Part shown: positions 1 to 12,606 of the stretch, one piece after another | How positions within the stretch are numbered: the first letter of the stretch is position 1 | Layout of the letters: each line of letters opens with the position of its first letter | NCBI GenBank assembly: GCA_000320545.1 | Contig: ADNK01000825.1 | Span: forward strand, 62,001 to 126,000 | DNA length: 64,000 bases | Origin: Bigelowiella natans CCMP2755 | Lineage: Eukaryota; Protista; Cercozoa | Reading direction: 5' to 3' | Program-made: the position numbers and the translations under genes | Notes under the pieces: model-generated | What the model was told of the DNA's origin: nothing | Seen by the model: the letters and a program-made list of their open reading frames with translations, nothing else | The model's database searches: none

Positions 1-1370
1 TTCTACTTCCCCCGCAGCAACCGATTACGATCTAACTGTGGTGGAGGAGGATGGGGGGGAGAGGGAGACGGGGAAAGATAAGAGAGACAGCAAACAGCAT
101 CATCTTCATCTTAAAGGTCTCGCTACATATATGGGAGCGCTCCTGAAGCTGTGGAGGCTTGTTCCACAAGAGACTCGTACGGAGAGAAGCTTTCATCGCA
201 TCATCCGCGCATGCTGCCGTGCTGGTCTGTGGCGTCCCGCGGTCAAAGAGCTCATTCTATTGCAGGAGTTCTCGATGGCAATGGCGACGCCGTCTTCGTC
301 ATCATTATTAAGGATGAATGCAGAGGAGGAGGAGGAGGAGGTGGAGGAGTGGGCAGAAGCTATATCATCTGGCCAGAGTCAGCAGCAGCAGCAGCAAGGA
401 GCAGCCAGGACCTCCTCCTCACCCCGTATTATCACCCCCACCACTGCATATGCTGCCGCAACGGATGGTGACATGATTGGGCAGCAGTCACAAGGGGATG
501 ATGAGGCAGATGGGAAGGCAGAAGAAAAAGAAGAAGAAGAAGAAGAAGAAGAAGAAGAAGAAGAGAAAAGAGAAGCAGCAGCTGCAGTAGCCGAAGGAGA
601 AAGCAACTACGATGAAAACAATTATGACCAAGAATCATCAGCGGGTAGGGGTGGTGGTAGTAGTAGTAGTGGTAGCACCCAGTTCTTAATACACCACGAT
701 ACTACTGGAACTGTGGAGGAGAAGCAGCGAATCAAGGCTATGGCCCGAACGGTGCGGCACGTGGTCCAAACTCTCGGGGAAGCACGGAAGTTTACCCTGG
801 CAACACGTGTATTTCGTAGCTTTGGCTTCGATTCCGCAGAGGACTATCAGACGCTTCTAAATGCAGCAGCAGCAGGCTCACGCTGGGAAGAGGCACTGCA
901 GATTCGAGCCGAGTTGCAGGTGGTGCAAATCCTCTTCTCCCCCCCCCCCCCCCCTTACGATCCGCCATTCCTCTCCGAACATTTCCCCTCTCTTTCCTTC
1001 TCTCTCCCTCTCACTGCCTCCTCCTCCTCCTGTCGGTTTAGTTAATGAATAATACCCTTTTCAGGCCAAGTCGGGTAACAACGCCCCTTTGAAGACGTCG
1101 CTTCTGACAGCAGTGATGCGCGCTTGTACCAAGGGCAAGCAGCATGAGCGGGGGATCGAAGTCTTTGAACGGATGTGCGAGCAGAGGATCGTGCCAGATG
1201 TCCAGGCGTATAGCTCTCTCATACGCATGCTGGGGAGAACTGGCCGATGGCAAGACGCGATGCGCGTGTACCTGCTATTATTTGTCGTGGGGGGGGGGGG
1301 TAGATTTTGTCAAGGATCTAAGAAGTAACACTCGTTCATGAACGAATGCGAGCGGTTTTGATTCATTTAT

Positions 1371-1418
<48 letters not shown>

Positions 1419-1723
1419 TCCCTTCGTCTCCTCTTCCGCCTTCCCTTTGGCCCCCATCCATCCATCCATCCATCCATCCATCCATCCACCCATCCTCTAA
1501 CATCGTTAGATACGTCGGAATGACAAGCGTCCGTCTGCAGCCGGACATGGGGTGCTACCAGGGCTTGGTTCAGGCCTGCGAGAGAGGAGGAAATCGCGTG
1601 GCGGCGCTCATGTATCTCGAGTCTCTCGTTGATAGTGCTTACTCAGAAACCTTGGTTGACCCACAGAAGAAGCTCATACTTCAGACAGTCGACGATGAGG
1701 ACCCCCCCCCCGCGGAAAAATAG
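1..1723 (+). CDS. Pentatricopeptide-repeat (PPR) protein, 3' part (5' end outside the window)
   Basis: PPR-like motifs: LLTAVMRACTKGKQHERGIEVFERMCEQRIVPDVQAYSSLIRMLGRTGRWQDAMRV and LQPDMGCYQGLVQACERGG. Introns 920-1064 and 1268-1509 (GT-AG) join the ORF fragments in frame; TAG at 1721-1723. Confidence 0.85.
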
Positions 1724-1822
1724 CGCCGCAGAGGTGAAATGGGAGCAGTGTAGCTATAAGTTTCTAAGTGATAAATCTGAAGAAATAATGTAGGAATCAC
1801 GTGTAGTAGCAGTGTTGTAGTA

Positions 1823-1855
<33 letters not shown>

Positions 1856-2880
1856 TAGTATTAGGGGAAGTAGTAGAAGTAGCAGTAACTAATGGTAGTA
1901 GTGGTAATATTAGTAGAGTCGTTACCATGATGCTGCTGCTGCTGCTGCTGGTGATAGCATAATTAGAACAGGTGCGAGAGGTTAATTATGTAGGCAATAG
2001 CAGTAGCAGTATGAAGTAGAAGGAATATATAGAATTAACAATACGTCCATAGTTAGTAGTGGTACAAAAAGATTACCGTTCGTTGTAGAAACCTCATTAT
2101 CAAGATGTGTAAATAGTGTTCATAAGTCAAAATTAATACACAGCTGCACAAACAAATGTACTCCATGTACAATGGGCTACCAAACTTGAGACAGCATAAT
2201 AGTATTATAGTCCGAACACACACGCACACGCACGCACACATTCACACATGTGCATATGCATACATACATGTGTGTAACCACTAAGCTATCGCGGCAGCGC
2301 CTGCGAAAATACACATATATTACATAAAAATAAATGCGAGGTACAGATGTAGTATGCATCCGTGGTCGAATAATCTCGCAATACGATGTTTTCCAGGCAA
2401 CAAACATATCTAGATTTGCTCATGCTCGATGTTTGCTAGTTTGGTCATGCTCGTCATTTCTTGCTCATCATCATGACTAATCTTGTCAATCTTGAAAAAC
2501 AATTTTTACATATCTGTCTCCACGTCATGCACATTGTGCATGGATGTGCATCGCGGCGCATGGCTGGCATCAACATGCTTGACGATCGAAATTCCATTAT
2601 CGAAGACTGTGCAAATGCTAGCGGGGACATGCATGCATGTCATCATTGCAGAAATTCGAGGCTGGAGCCACGACGCCATGACTCCACGACGCATCCTCAC
2701 CCATTATTCGTGCTTCAGGCACAGCTAGACAACAGAGCCCCTCTGAATTACAAGTCATGAGTGGCAGTGGCTTATCTATGCGTTGCGCATTGGATATAAT
2801 GACTTTTTACAGACCATGTGCAGAGAGCAGGCTGCTGATCGCTACTATCCCTTTGCATTAGTTCATTTTTGGACCGTTAC

Positions 2881-4391
2881 TCACCATGATGACCCCCCAC
2901 CACCACAGCCTCCCGAGCTTCCACCGCTGTATCCTGCGCTCCAGCCCCCACTGCGTGTGCTACTTCTACCTGAGCTAGATGTTCCGCCGCCTCCAGTGGC
3001 AATTCTTGACACCTTTAGCGCGCCACAATTCTTACATTTTGAAATTTGGAAGCGAAGGGTGCCCGGTCGCGCCTTTTGTTTGTGCTCTTCAAACTCGGAG
3101 AGAATGTGCTTTACCTCTTTCTCCGGGAGACCCTCCACGGTGTTAAGGTCCTCTTTTCGGAACACCCCCCTATACGATCTTAGTCCCTGACAGCATGTGT
3201 CATACAATGGGGGTGAAGCAGGCACACACAATTGCATGAACTACCAACCATCAATTGAATATTAACACACACACACACACACACACACATACGCACACAT
3301 AAACACAAACTGGATGTACCATTGTTCCGCACTCCTCGCAGTAGTAAGATAAACATGTAAGTCCTAGAATTATTGCGGGCACGACTCCAATAAAAATGAA
3401 CAACATTATCCATGCGCTAGTGCCTCCACCTTGACTGGACTTGAAATTGTTTACCCGATATCGCCCCATCCCACCACCGTAGCCTTGCTCTTGCCCGTAC
3501 CCATGTTGAGACATATTCGCAGGGGTAGACATTTCGAACAATATGCGTGCCTGCATCGCGCGTACAGCCTGAACTAGACCTTTCCCATGCTCACCCCGTT
3601 TGAAGAATGGGAGCATTACAGAACGCTGTAACTCGTCAACAACGAACCGATCATCGAGCACATGCACTAGCCCCGAGCCAACAACAGTCTCGACTCTCCG
3701 CCTCTCACGCATCAGAACTATAACCACGCCGTCGTTGATTTGTCTTCGCCCAACACCTGTGATAGAATATCGTGCGCGCGTCAGCCCAAGCCCGAATATG
3801 TAACTCAAAACGTTCGCGTACTCGCTTACCCCATAAATCCATAAGTTGCTTTGCAAACTCGAACGACCTCTCTTCGTCGGTATAGCGATTTCCAGTTTTG
3901 GCCCAGAACCCACTTATATCTTCCAGGCACACTACAGCCAGTTCAGCTCCCGATACTGAGTTGATGTTACTCGCAATGGCATTAATCTCAGAGATTTCTG
4001 CGGCAGAGAGGCAACCGATGTCATCAGTCACCGAGTTAGCAGTTTGGAAATTTTGCCCTTGCCGATGCCTATGTTGCATGGTGGAGATTTTACCAAAGTT
4101 CAATCTCACCCGGCTTTCACGTTTTCGTGGGCATCTCACATATGTAGGGTTTTCAGGGTACCCCATTCTCTGTTGAAATTTACTCAAGTATCGATGGAAG
4201 CTGTAGAGGTGAATGTTGGGCCTTCGCCTTTGCGCGGTAAACAGAAGGCTTCTCCTTCCATTTAGACTATTATGCGATCTACTAATTGGAGGACGGTGGG
4301 TCGTAGATAGATATCTTGCAGACAAGGACCGGAGGCCGGCAATTCTTCTAGGCGCAAGAAGTCTGGTGGATGACATTATCGATGACATCAT
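2881..4391 (-). CDS. TPM-domain (TLP18.3/Psb32/MOLO-1, YgcG-like) membrane protein with split Zn-ribbon and Gly/Ser tail; organellar presequence-like N-terminus
   Basis: Exons 4391-3830, 3756-3320 and 3186-2881 splice in frame. TPM motifs VTDDIGCLS...ELAVVCL...FAKQLMDLWG|VG...DGVVIVL...VETVVGSGL...MLPFFKRG, then a TM helix (WIMLFIFIGVVPAIILGL), CEEC...CKNC and the terminal SGGSSGGCGGGGSSW. Confidence 0.85.
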
Positions 4392-4941
4392 GAATAATGG
4401 CCTGAATTTTCTGCGGTTGAGGAAAGTGAATGCCTTTCAACCGGAGGAGGTGGGGAACGTATACAAACAAGATCTCTTCACAGCAACGCGGGTGTCCATA
4501 ATGGATACATGGCGCATGCGCAGGACCCTCGCCCTCGTGTATGGAGTCAAATACACGTAGAGTAGATCTAGATCTAGTGGAGGTAACCGTAGAACACGAG
4601 CAGTAACTGTAGCTCGAGCATCACAACCAGCGGCTAATACCTAGTCGATTATTGTCGCAACCAGATAGACGCAGGGTGACTACGTTGTCGCACGATCCAA
4701 ACGTGGGACATACTTTTTGTTTGTGCTGTGTTGCTTGTGTTGTGACCGACACAACGGCTATTTCGATTCACTTTGACAACAATACAGAACAATTTCATCG
4801 AGCGACAACCCTGTTCTGCCATTTTTCTTTTTAAGTTGCAACCCGCCCGGTGCATGAACATATCTGGGGCACAAAACTCACCTCTCAGACCCCCCAGCTC
4901 CCAGACAGACAGCGAGACTAACGTCAGCCATACAGAGTACC

Positions 4942-5772
4942 ATGCCCACTCTAGCTCAGGTGCAGCATCTATCGTATCATTGTTCAACATCATCCAACAA
5001 TCTTTGTCCATTTTAGAAAAAACGCAAGAAAGCTCGCAGGAGGCAGCGAAAGGCTCAACGCATCGCAGCAGACCCAGCGAAGAAACAAAAAATGTTAGAT
5101 GAGCCCGTCGTTAACAAAGAGAATGAGTCCCTCTGTAACTCTAAGCCATCAGAAACTAGCGAGGTTATCAAAACTACAAGTACAACGGCGACGGTGACAG
5201 TCAAAATTAGCGCCATGTGTAAGGCTGAGGAAGCTCAAAACGTGCTAGCTTCCAACAACAATGTTTTAGGTACTCAAGAAGAAGCAAAAACCATTAAAAA
5301 TGATAAAGTAGACAATTCACTAGAAGAAAAAGATCTAGAGGGCATTGACAGGCTTCTCGATGGTGATATTCAAGATGTCGACGTTTCCTCTCAGCAGCCA
5401 TCTATCAGTGAAGAAGAAAAAGGGGATGCAAAAAAAATCAGCACAGCTACAGCCGATATCGCAGACAAGTTGGAAAGTGCTTCGCCTAAACCTATTTTTG
5501 GGGAGAAGGATTCTCTTCCCTGCCCCAAGAACTTCGCAGTAGCAGAAGCTGTTGACTCGTTAAAAACGAATGTCGTAGCCCCTGTTCCCGCCCATGCATC
5601 TGCAGAGCCGAGTCCACGAACTATGCAAGAGTTTCAAGATGATGGGGAGCAGTCTTCATTATTCGTTGAGGAAAAGGAGGAGATTGGCGCAGCACCCTTT
5701 GATGCGAAAGTGACGAAAAGCAATGCCATCGTTGATGATGTTCCCAGCGCACTGTGCTGTGTCATCGCTTAG
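4942..5772 (+). CDS. Acidic, probably disordered protein with N-terminal basic NLS-like cluster and C-terminal CaaX (CCVIA)
   Basis: ATG 4942 (MPTLAQ), intron 4960-5016 (GT...TTTTAG), then KKRKKARRRQRKAQR... in frame with ORF 5092-5772, which ends SALCCVIA*. Confidence 0.7.
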
Positions 5773-6631
5773 AGTCAAACTCAAAATACAAATAGCATAG
5801 AACAGACATGTACGATGTTAAATGGTTCCAAGAGTGGCATTGGGCAAAGAGAATGACCCCAAGTATCTCTAAGGAAACCCTCATTCGCACCGATGCGTGT
5901 TCCAAAATGTTGTCAAGTGTTTGCATAGCAATCGCGAGATTCGTACACGCTGTGTTAAAGATCGAATGTCAATGTCTGTTCTGGCGACAGATCAACAGCA
6001 GGTGATCAGGTGACTCGCTTGGAGGCGCGCTGTCTAGCTGTGCGTCTGTCTAGACAAGTGTGTTTATGTTCTGTGGCATCCATCTAGCCATGCTAGCATG
6101 TTGCTCTTCCATTCACTAATCTATTGATGCACACGCAACGCATTTGCTAAGCTAGTAAGAAGCACACTCTAGCACTAGCTAGCATGCACTGCGTGTAGTA
6201 CTAGCTAGCTAGTCTAGTAATGCTAGCTAGCTAGAGTGCATGGTGAGGCGACAAGCGACAAGTGTCACTACTGCTAGACTGCTACAGCATGCATGCTAGC
6301 ATGCTATCTAGCTATCTCGTAGATCTGCTAGAGATGTCTGATGCGTTACTATGATGCTAGTATGCTAGCTAGCATGTTATCATGCTAAATAATTCCAGAT
6401 TTACTGGCGCGAGCACATCTAAGTTTATACGTACTAGCTAGCGATACGTCTTGAGTAGACGACCGAATGTAATCCACTCTACTTGCTGAGACAAATTCAT
6501 AATTGATAGTGCTAGAGTGACACGCCAGCACGTCTAGCTCTGGAGTGCTACTGATCTTAATTACTATGTCGCTTTTCACTTTTGTGCGGATAAGAGAGTG
6601 CATGTATGTAAACCTCTAGCTAACTAGACTT

Positions 6632-6695
6632 AGAGACACAATATATCGTTAATTAAACTGAATTTTAAGTTTAATTAACGATATATTGTGTCTCT
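6632..6695. repeat. Perfect 28-bp inverted repeat with 8-nt loop
   Basis: agagacacaatatatcgttaattaaact (6632-6659), loop gaatttta, agtttaattaacgatatattgtgtctct (6668-6695). Confidence 0.97.
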
Positions 6696-6942
6696 GAGGC
6701 TTGAAAACTATACATTCTGGACATAATCTCTGGATTATGCAACCTCGATCGTCTTGAAATGTGATTCGACGTCATATAACAAAAGAGTTTCCAGCCACCC
6801 CCAAAAATTCCTTTGGTAGCTGAAACAAAATTTATTTGTTGGAAAGATGAGTCTTTGATAGTGGTATCACACAACCCTGGATTGATTTTCGATTTCATTA
6901 TCTTGTTTCTGATAAGATTGGTCGTGCTTAGTTTCGTCTTCC

Positions 6943-7908
6943 TCATTGAGTCAATGTCGGCGAGGGTGATGGAGATCGTTCGCTGCCTTCCTCTGTAGTG
7001 CTGGTATTATGTTGAAATTGGTTGCTCTCGACTTCCGCATGGGGCGGATGGGGCGTTACGACTATCGAAACAGGAGATACAAGGAGATGATGACCTCGGA
7101 TCTTCTTGACCGGTTTTAGGATTTTTTCCTTTATTGTTAGACTCTTCTTCTGCATCTTATCGTCCGATCTTTCTGAGATGGGATCGGCTGAAGAATTCAA
7201 TCTTAGAGTACAGGGAGGATTCTTTTGGAAGACCTCACTAAGAAAATCATAACAGTGTCCAGGAGCCTCTGTACCCCCGCCAGTCGGTGGACTTTTAATT
7301 TTTCGAGCGGGAAGTGTTGCCAAGATGTCAATGCTGCTCATACCTTTGAGCGTGTTTATTTTAAGGTTGTAATGCCTTGGAAGTGGGAGCTTGAGTGGGA
7401 GGGATGTCCGTCGACCATAAAGATGGTCCTTGTCACTGTCATAGTTCGGACTTGGTGGTGGTAAATCACTAAACTTTTGCAAAATGGCGCTCTTATAGCG
7501 ACGGCGTTTGATACGGAGATACTGATAGTTTTCTTCTAGCTTGACGGGAGAGTTATCCACCCTCCTTGAAATCTTAAGAAGCTTTAAAGTCTGTCTCTTC
7601 TTCTCTGATGCACGCTTCTTTTTTTTATGCAAACATGTTTGTTTCTTTTCCTCTGTATGCTGCCTACGCTCTCTGGGATGGGCAGATTTTGAATACTGTT
7701 GCACTGTACATGACGGGCAAAAATACATGAGATCGTTACGAGAGGTTGCGGTGAGGAATAACTACGGACCTTGCTTTCGTTCTGGTTCAGATCTCTCAGT
7801 ATTCTTCATTGAACCAGTAGATAAATCCTCTGTCGATGATCGAGCATGCCGATTGGGACGGGAAAGCTTCACTTTGTGGCGCACGTTGTACGAACATTGC
7901 ACTCCCAT
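6943..7908 (-). CDS. Hypothetical Lys/Ser/Pro-rich protein with MGxxxS N-myristoylation-like start
   Basis: ATG 7908 MGVQCSYNVRHK...ERKQ, intron 7769-7704, then in frame into ORF 6943-7728 (VQQYSKSA...). No recognisable domain. Confidence 0.5.
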
Positions 7909-8564
7909 CCTGACTTCACTCAAGTGAGTTGTGACGGATGAAGCTGGCGACTACCGCCTCCTGATTATCGTCGTTGCCGATGCTCGGCTCTAAGACGGTT
8001 GTCTGTCTAGCCTTTGTCGCACGCTTAAATAGGTATCAATTTACAGATTAATCCCGCAAGTGTTTAAACTCAAATTTGAATCTTTTCCGCCTTGTTTTTC
8101 GAAAGGAATACCGGGATTAACCCGTCGGAGACGCGCCGGGCCGCAACAAAACTCGACAATTGCACAATGAACACAACATCATTATATTGTTCTGCCGTTG
8201 TTGCGTCTTTGTTCCGGTTGGCAGTCGGCAGGAAAAAATGTAAGAAATATCAGCGAAGATTGGAGCGACGAGCTAGCTGTCGCGAAAAAGCTGGGGAGTC
8301 AAGGATGCGACTAGAACTAACTGAAAGAATTGTGTCCGAGCCGTGCAGGATGGACACGTGCGCCAAATAACAACATCCCTCCTACGAATAATGCGGGGTT
8401 ATTTTCTTCCACAACAGGCGACTTCTTACCTCGGTGATGAAAAAGGAAGATACTCGACGGCAGGCGGAGGCGACTCCCCAAAAAATCTCGTCTCTCGAGT
8501 AACATAGTCTGTCCCCTCTTGCGCAAGTGTGCCGCGCCTAAACCTGCGTCCGAAAGAGGGTAGG

Positions 8565-11500
8565 ATGGAGGGGATAGCTTCGCCGTCGAGCCAGGGTACA
8601 GGAGTTCGCAACACAAAGAAAGGCGAGGCGGCAACAGGTTTGTGTGTTACATTGATCGAACTGTTCAACTCTGAGAAAAGCAATTGCCGAGAGTTGCTGA
8701 CGCACTCTCGATGATATAGAAAAGAGTAGTTCTCAACCTACTAGATGCCTATTTGTTAACCTCTATGTTGTAGGCGAACGCATTGATGCAGAGCCACCAC
8801 ATAAGATATTCGACGACCCTTTCGCACCTGATGCGAGAGGGGACTCGAACCTAGACCCGGCGTCATTGTCCTACCACATCAGCGGAGGAGGGGTAGTTCA
8901 TGATTCCTTTGAACATATTTTAGTATAGGGTTCCTGAGACTACCATACTTTCCTCTTTTAGGTCGAGGAGCACCTTCGAAATGTTGTGACGAAAACCGCA
9001 TGCGGGGGTGCCCTCCTGGAGAAATCGAACTTAGTCCGGACGGAAAGTTTGTTAATTGCCAGAGCACAAGCTATCATTGAACAAATACGGGCTGGAAGGA
9101 GTTCGGCACAAGCTGCAGATGATAAAGTACATGAATACGAGAATCGTTTGAAACAAACCTTGAGGAGCATCGGGTGAGTTTATGAAGATTGTAGCTTACA
9201 TGGGTCAGGTATTCATTTCTTCAACTTATTCTACGATCGAATTGCTTTCACAGGAGATCTCAGAGAAAGTCAGGAAAATTTAAAAACGTGATGATCCAAA
9301 CAGGTTTGTTATCCCAGACTGTACGAGATGGCCCCACTACTAATCATTAATAAGTAGTCTAGAAGATTACGGAGTCGTCACACTGTGCTGCGCCACAAAT
9401 TAGGTCTGGACATTCTTCTCGCCCTTGTCGAAGAACAAAGGTGGTATTCGAAAACCTCCCCGTACTGCATAAATCTTTTGCTTCATCTCGAGGACATTTC
9501 ATAAAACATTTTACAGGAAGAAATAAATACATTTATTTAGGGCTGAGGCAAAGGTCGTCGGGCGCGTTGTGTCGATCCTAAACACCACCTTCCGAAAGCT
9601 GTACAAGGAGAAGAAATCTTGGCAAAAGTCTGAGAGCAAAGAGTTCTACTGCTGGTCTGAGTCTGCTGACTCGCTCATCGATTTCCTCAAGAACCTGCAA
9701 CAACAGGGAGGCATGCATTCCAACAGTGCCCTCGCTGCATTGTTTTGGTGCTACATGCTCTTTGGTCGCTTGAATGACCTCCTGTTCCTCGTTAACGATA
9801 TGCTTCGACGCAACGGTGCTAGTCTCACCCCCACGCCGCTTCCTTCCGACTCTTCTGGCCATCAGGGCGCTCTTCACGCTGCCCTAACCTCGCATCTTAT
9901 TGAGGATGTGGTGCATTCCTCTTCTTCGTCGTTACTGCGTAGATGTATCACAGATGAAAAAAGGGAGAAGGGACACGAAATCAAGGAAACCAATAGCAAT
10001 GGCGGTGCTGTTGCTGGTGGTGGTGGTGGTGATGATACTGGTACTGCTGCCGACGCCGCCGACGGCGATGAGGACGATGATGACACCGTCATAGAGCTGC
10101 AGTTGACACAACTTGCGGCAACCAGTGAGGAGATCAAACTTGCCCTATCATTCTATGGGGAAGTGGTCTGTGTGAAGGCCAGATCGATCGGCAGCAGTAG
10201 TTTCAACAACAGTGCCGTCAGTAACATGTGGACCGTAAAATTCTGCAGCCCAGAAAGCGCAGCGATGGCGGCGAGGGAAATCCCCACTGCTTCTTTGAGG
10301 AAGAGGGAAATTCAGAAGCAGCAACAGAAGCAGAAATATAGCTCTACGAATACACCGAGCAAGATAGAGAGTACTGAATTAAAAAATGGGAAGGGGCTGC
10401 GCAACAGTGGGAATGATGTGGTAGAGGCCAAATTGCTCCAGGGAGTTGACGAAGTCGATACAGCTGCCATTGCCGTTTTGTACACAATATCTTGTGATGC
10501 ACAGGATTTCTGCTTCAACTTCACCTCACGAGGCAGTGGGGAACGGGCATATGATGCGCCAGACTCTGCTGCTTCAAAGCATAGTCTCTTCGTGGAAGCA
10601 AGCCCCGATTCGCTTAGGGCTGCTCTCCCTCTCCTCGCCAGTATCATGAATGGATTTGGAGAAGAAAAAGGATATTCCAAAACGGAGAGGGGTGCAGAAG
10701 AAACCACGGTCTGCCATGACGATGACGAGAAAAAGTCACCATGTTTAGACAACGAGAGAGTACTTACAAAGATGGTGCAGTGCCTTCATATTCTCAAGGC
10801 CATCTTGCGTCGAATAGAGCTTAGAGACACAGGTGGGGGTGGAGAAAGTGAAGAAGTCAAGACTAGGAGTAAAAGTAGCAGTAGTCCAAGCAAGAAAGGC
10901 TATTATAGAGGAAAAAAGGGAAGAAAGGCCCACAAGAAAAGGGGCAAGCGCCGCAACACTCGGCGTAAGGAACACAAGGAGGAACAGGAGGAGGAAGAGG
11001 AGGAAGAAAAACAGCTGCAAAAGAACGACGATGATGACGGCAGCAGAGAGAATAGTGTGGTGGAAGAACAACTGAGGCTGAAGGAACGCCAGCAGGTCCA
11101 GCAATTGCTCAATACAGCCAGAAGATACCTCAGCAAGCTTTTATCATCGGTCACTGTTCCTTCAGGAGGTAAGCATAGCATGCCTAAGGGAATAGTAAGG
11201 GGAGGGGGGGGTTCGGGTTTTCTTTCCAAAGATGGATTTCTGCTTAGTTATGACTCGATACGCTTTGTTTATCCCTGTTCCAACAGAATCTTCGTCGTCG
11301 TCATCATCGTCACTATTGGTTGAGAAGATGCGCGCTCTCGCTTCCGAATGCCTTCTCATGGTCCTGGAAAGGGCAGGGAGTATCTCAAATGGAGGGATGG
11401 GAGGAGGAAAGGGCGGGAAAGCATCATCGTCATCGTCATCATCGTCGTCTGGGTCCTATTCTCGCACAACCTCCATGCTCAGGCTGTATATGACGGCAAG

Positions 11501-11917
11501 GGAGATACGCCCCCTCCTCCTCAGCAAGAAGATAATGCCAAATCTTCACGCCATCCTCGATAATTGCGACGACCCGGAACTCCTCAACAGCTTTGTTATC
11601 AAAGTCATTACCGCCTTCAGACAGCAGGAGATGATGGTAGCAGCGACGAAAGCAGAGAAGAAGTCTATTTCTTTCTCCAAGCCTCCATCTCCCATGTCGA
11701 GGGAGACCGTATTTGCTCTGATATCTGCCGTGCTGTGCGAAGCCGGGGCGAAGGTGATGATGAGCTCACTTAGCGCTGTGCGGTTATGGTTCTCTTATTA
11801 TGCACTTTGTGGTGCCATATCTACCTACAACTAATTTCCGCCACAAGGGCTAGGGGAGGATGTTTGGATCGGCATTCCTATTGCTTTTGCTTAGTTTTCC
11901 GCTTTGTTTCTCAACTG

Positions 11918-11954
<37 letters not shown>

Positions 11955-12002
11955 CTCTGTGTGTGTGTGTGTGTCTCTCTGTCTCTCTGTCTCTCTGCGT
12001 TG

Positions 12003-12041
<39 letters not shown>

Positions 12042-12566
12042 GTATGTGTTGCACTTCACCAGATGCGGTCGCTATCTACCGCAAAAGGCAGCATGTCTCG
12101 CATGCGTGCCTGGGCAGCAGCGACCGCGACGGGAAATGTGAATGCTGTGAAGGCTCCTCTGCCCTCCAATCTATTCGAAGCCGGCGTGCCGTCGATCGTC
12201 AAGGTAGCGGTAATGCTACTTCCGCAGCTGCTAAGCTGGGCGGAGAAGGATTTAGAGCTGTTGGGAGGGCAGGTGTACCAGCAGAGTTGGATGACATTTC
12301 GCAAGGAGATTTTGACGGGACGTATGCTACCGTGGATTCTAAGTGTGCTGCCGGCCTTCTCGCGTTCAATGCTGCTTTCGCTCGCAGTGGTGCCATCCTT
12401 GGCCAAGATATGCCATAAGCTTACAGCTCTGGAAGAGAGCAGGAAAAAGAAGAAGAAGTCGCAACAACAGCAGCCGGACTTCCGACCTCAATCCGTGAGA
12501 CGATTTTTTCTTCAGTGCAACCATTTTCCATCGTACTGTGAGAAGGTGGGAGGGGGGGGGATGAGT

Positions 12567-12606
<40 letters not shown>

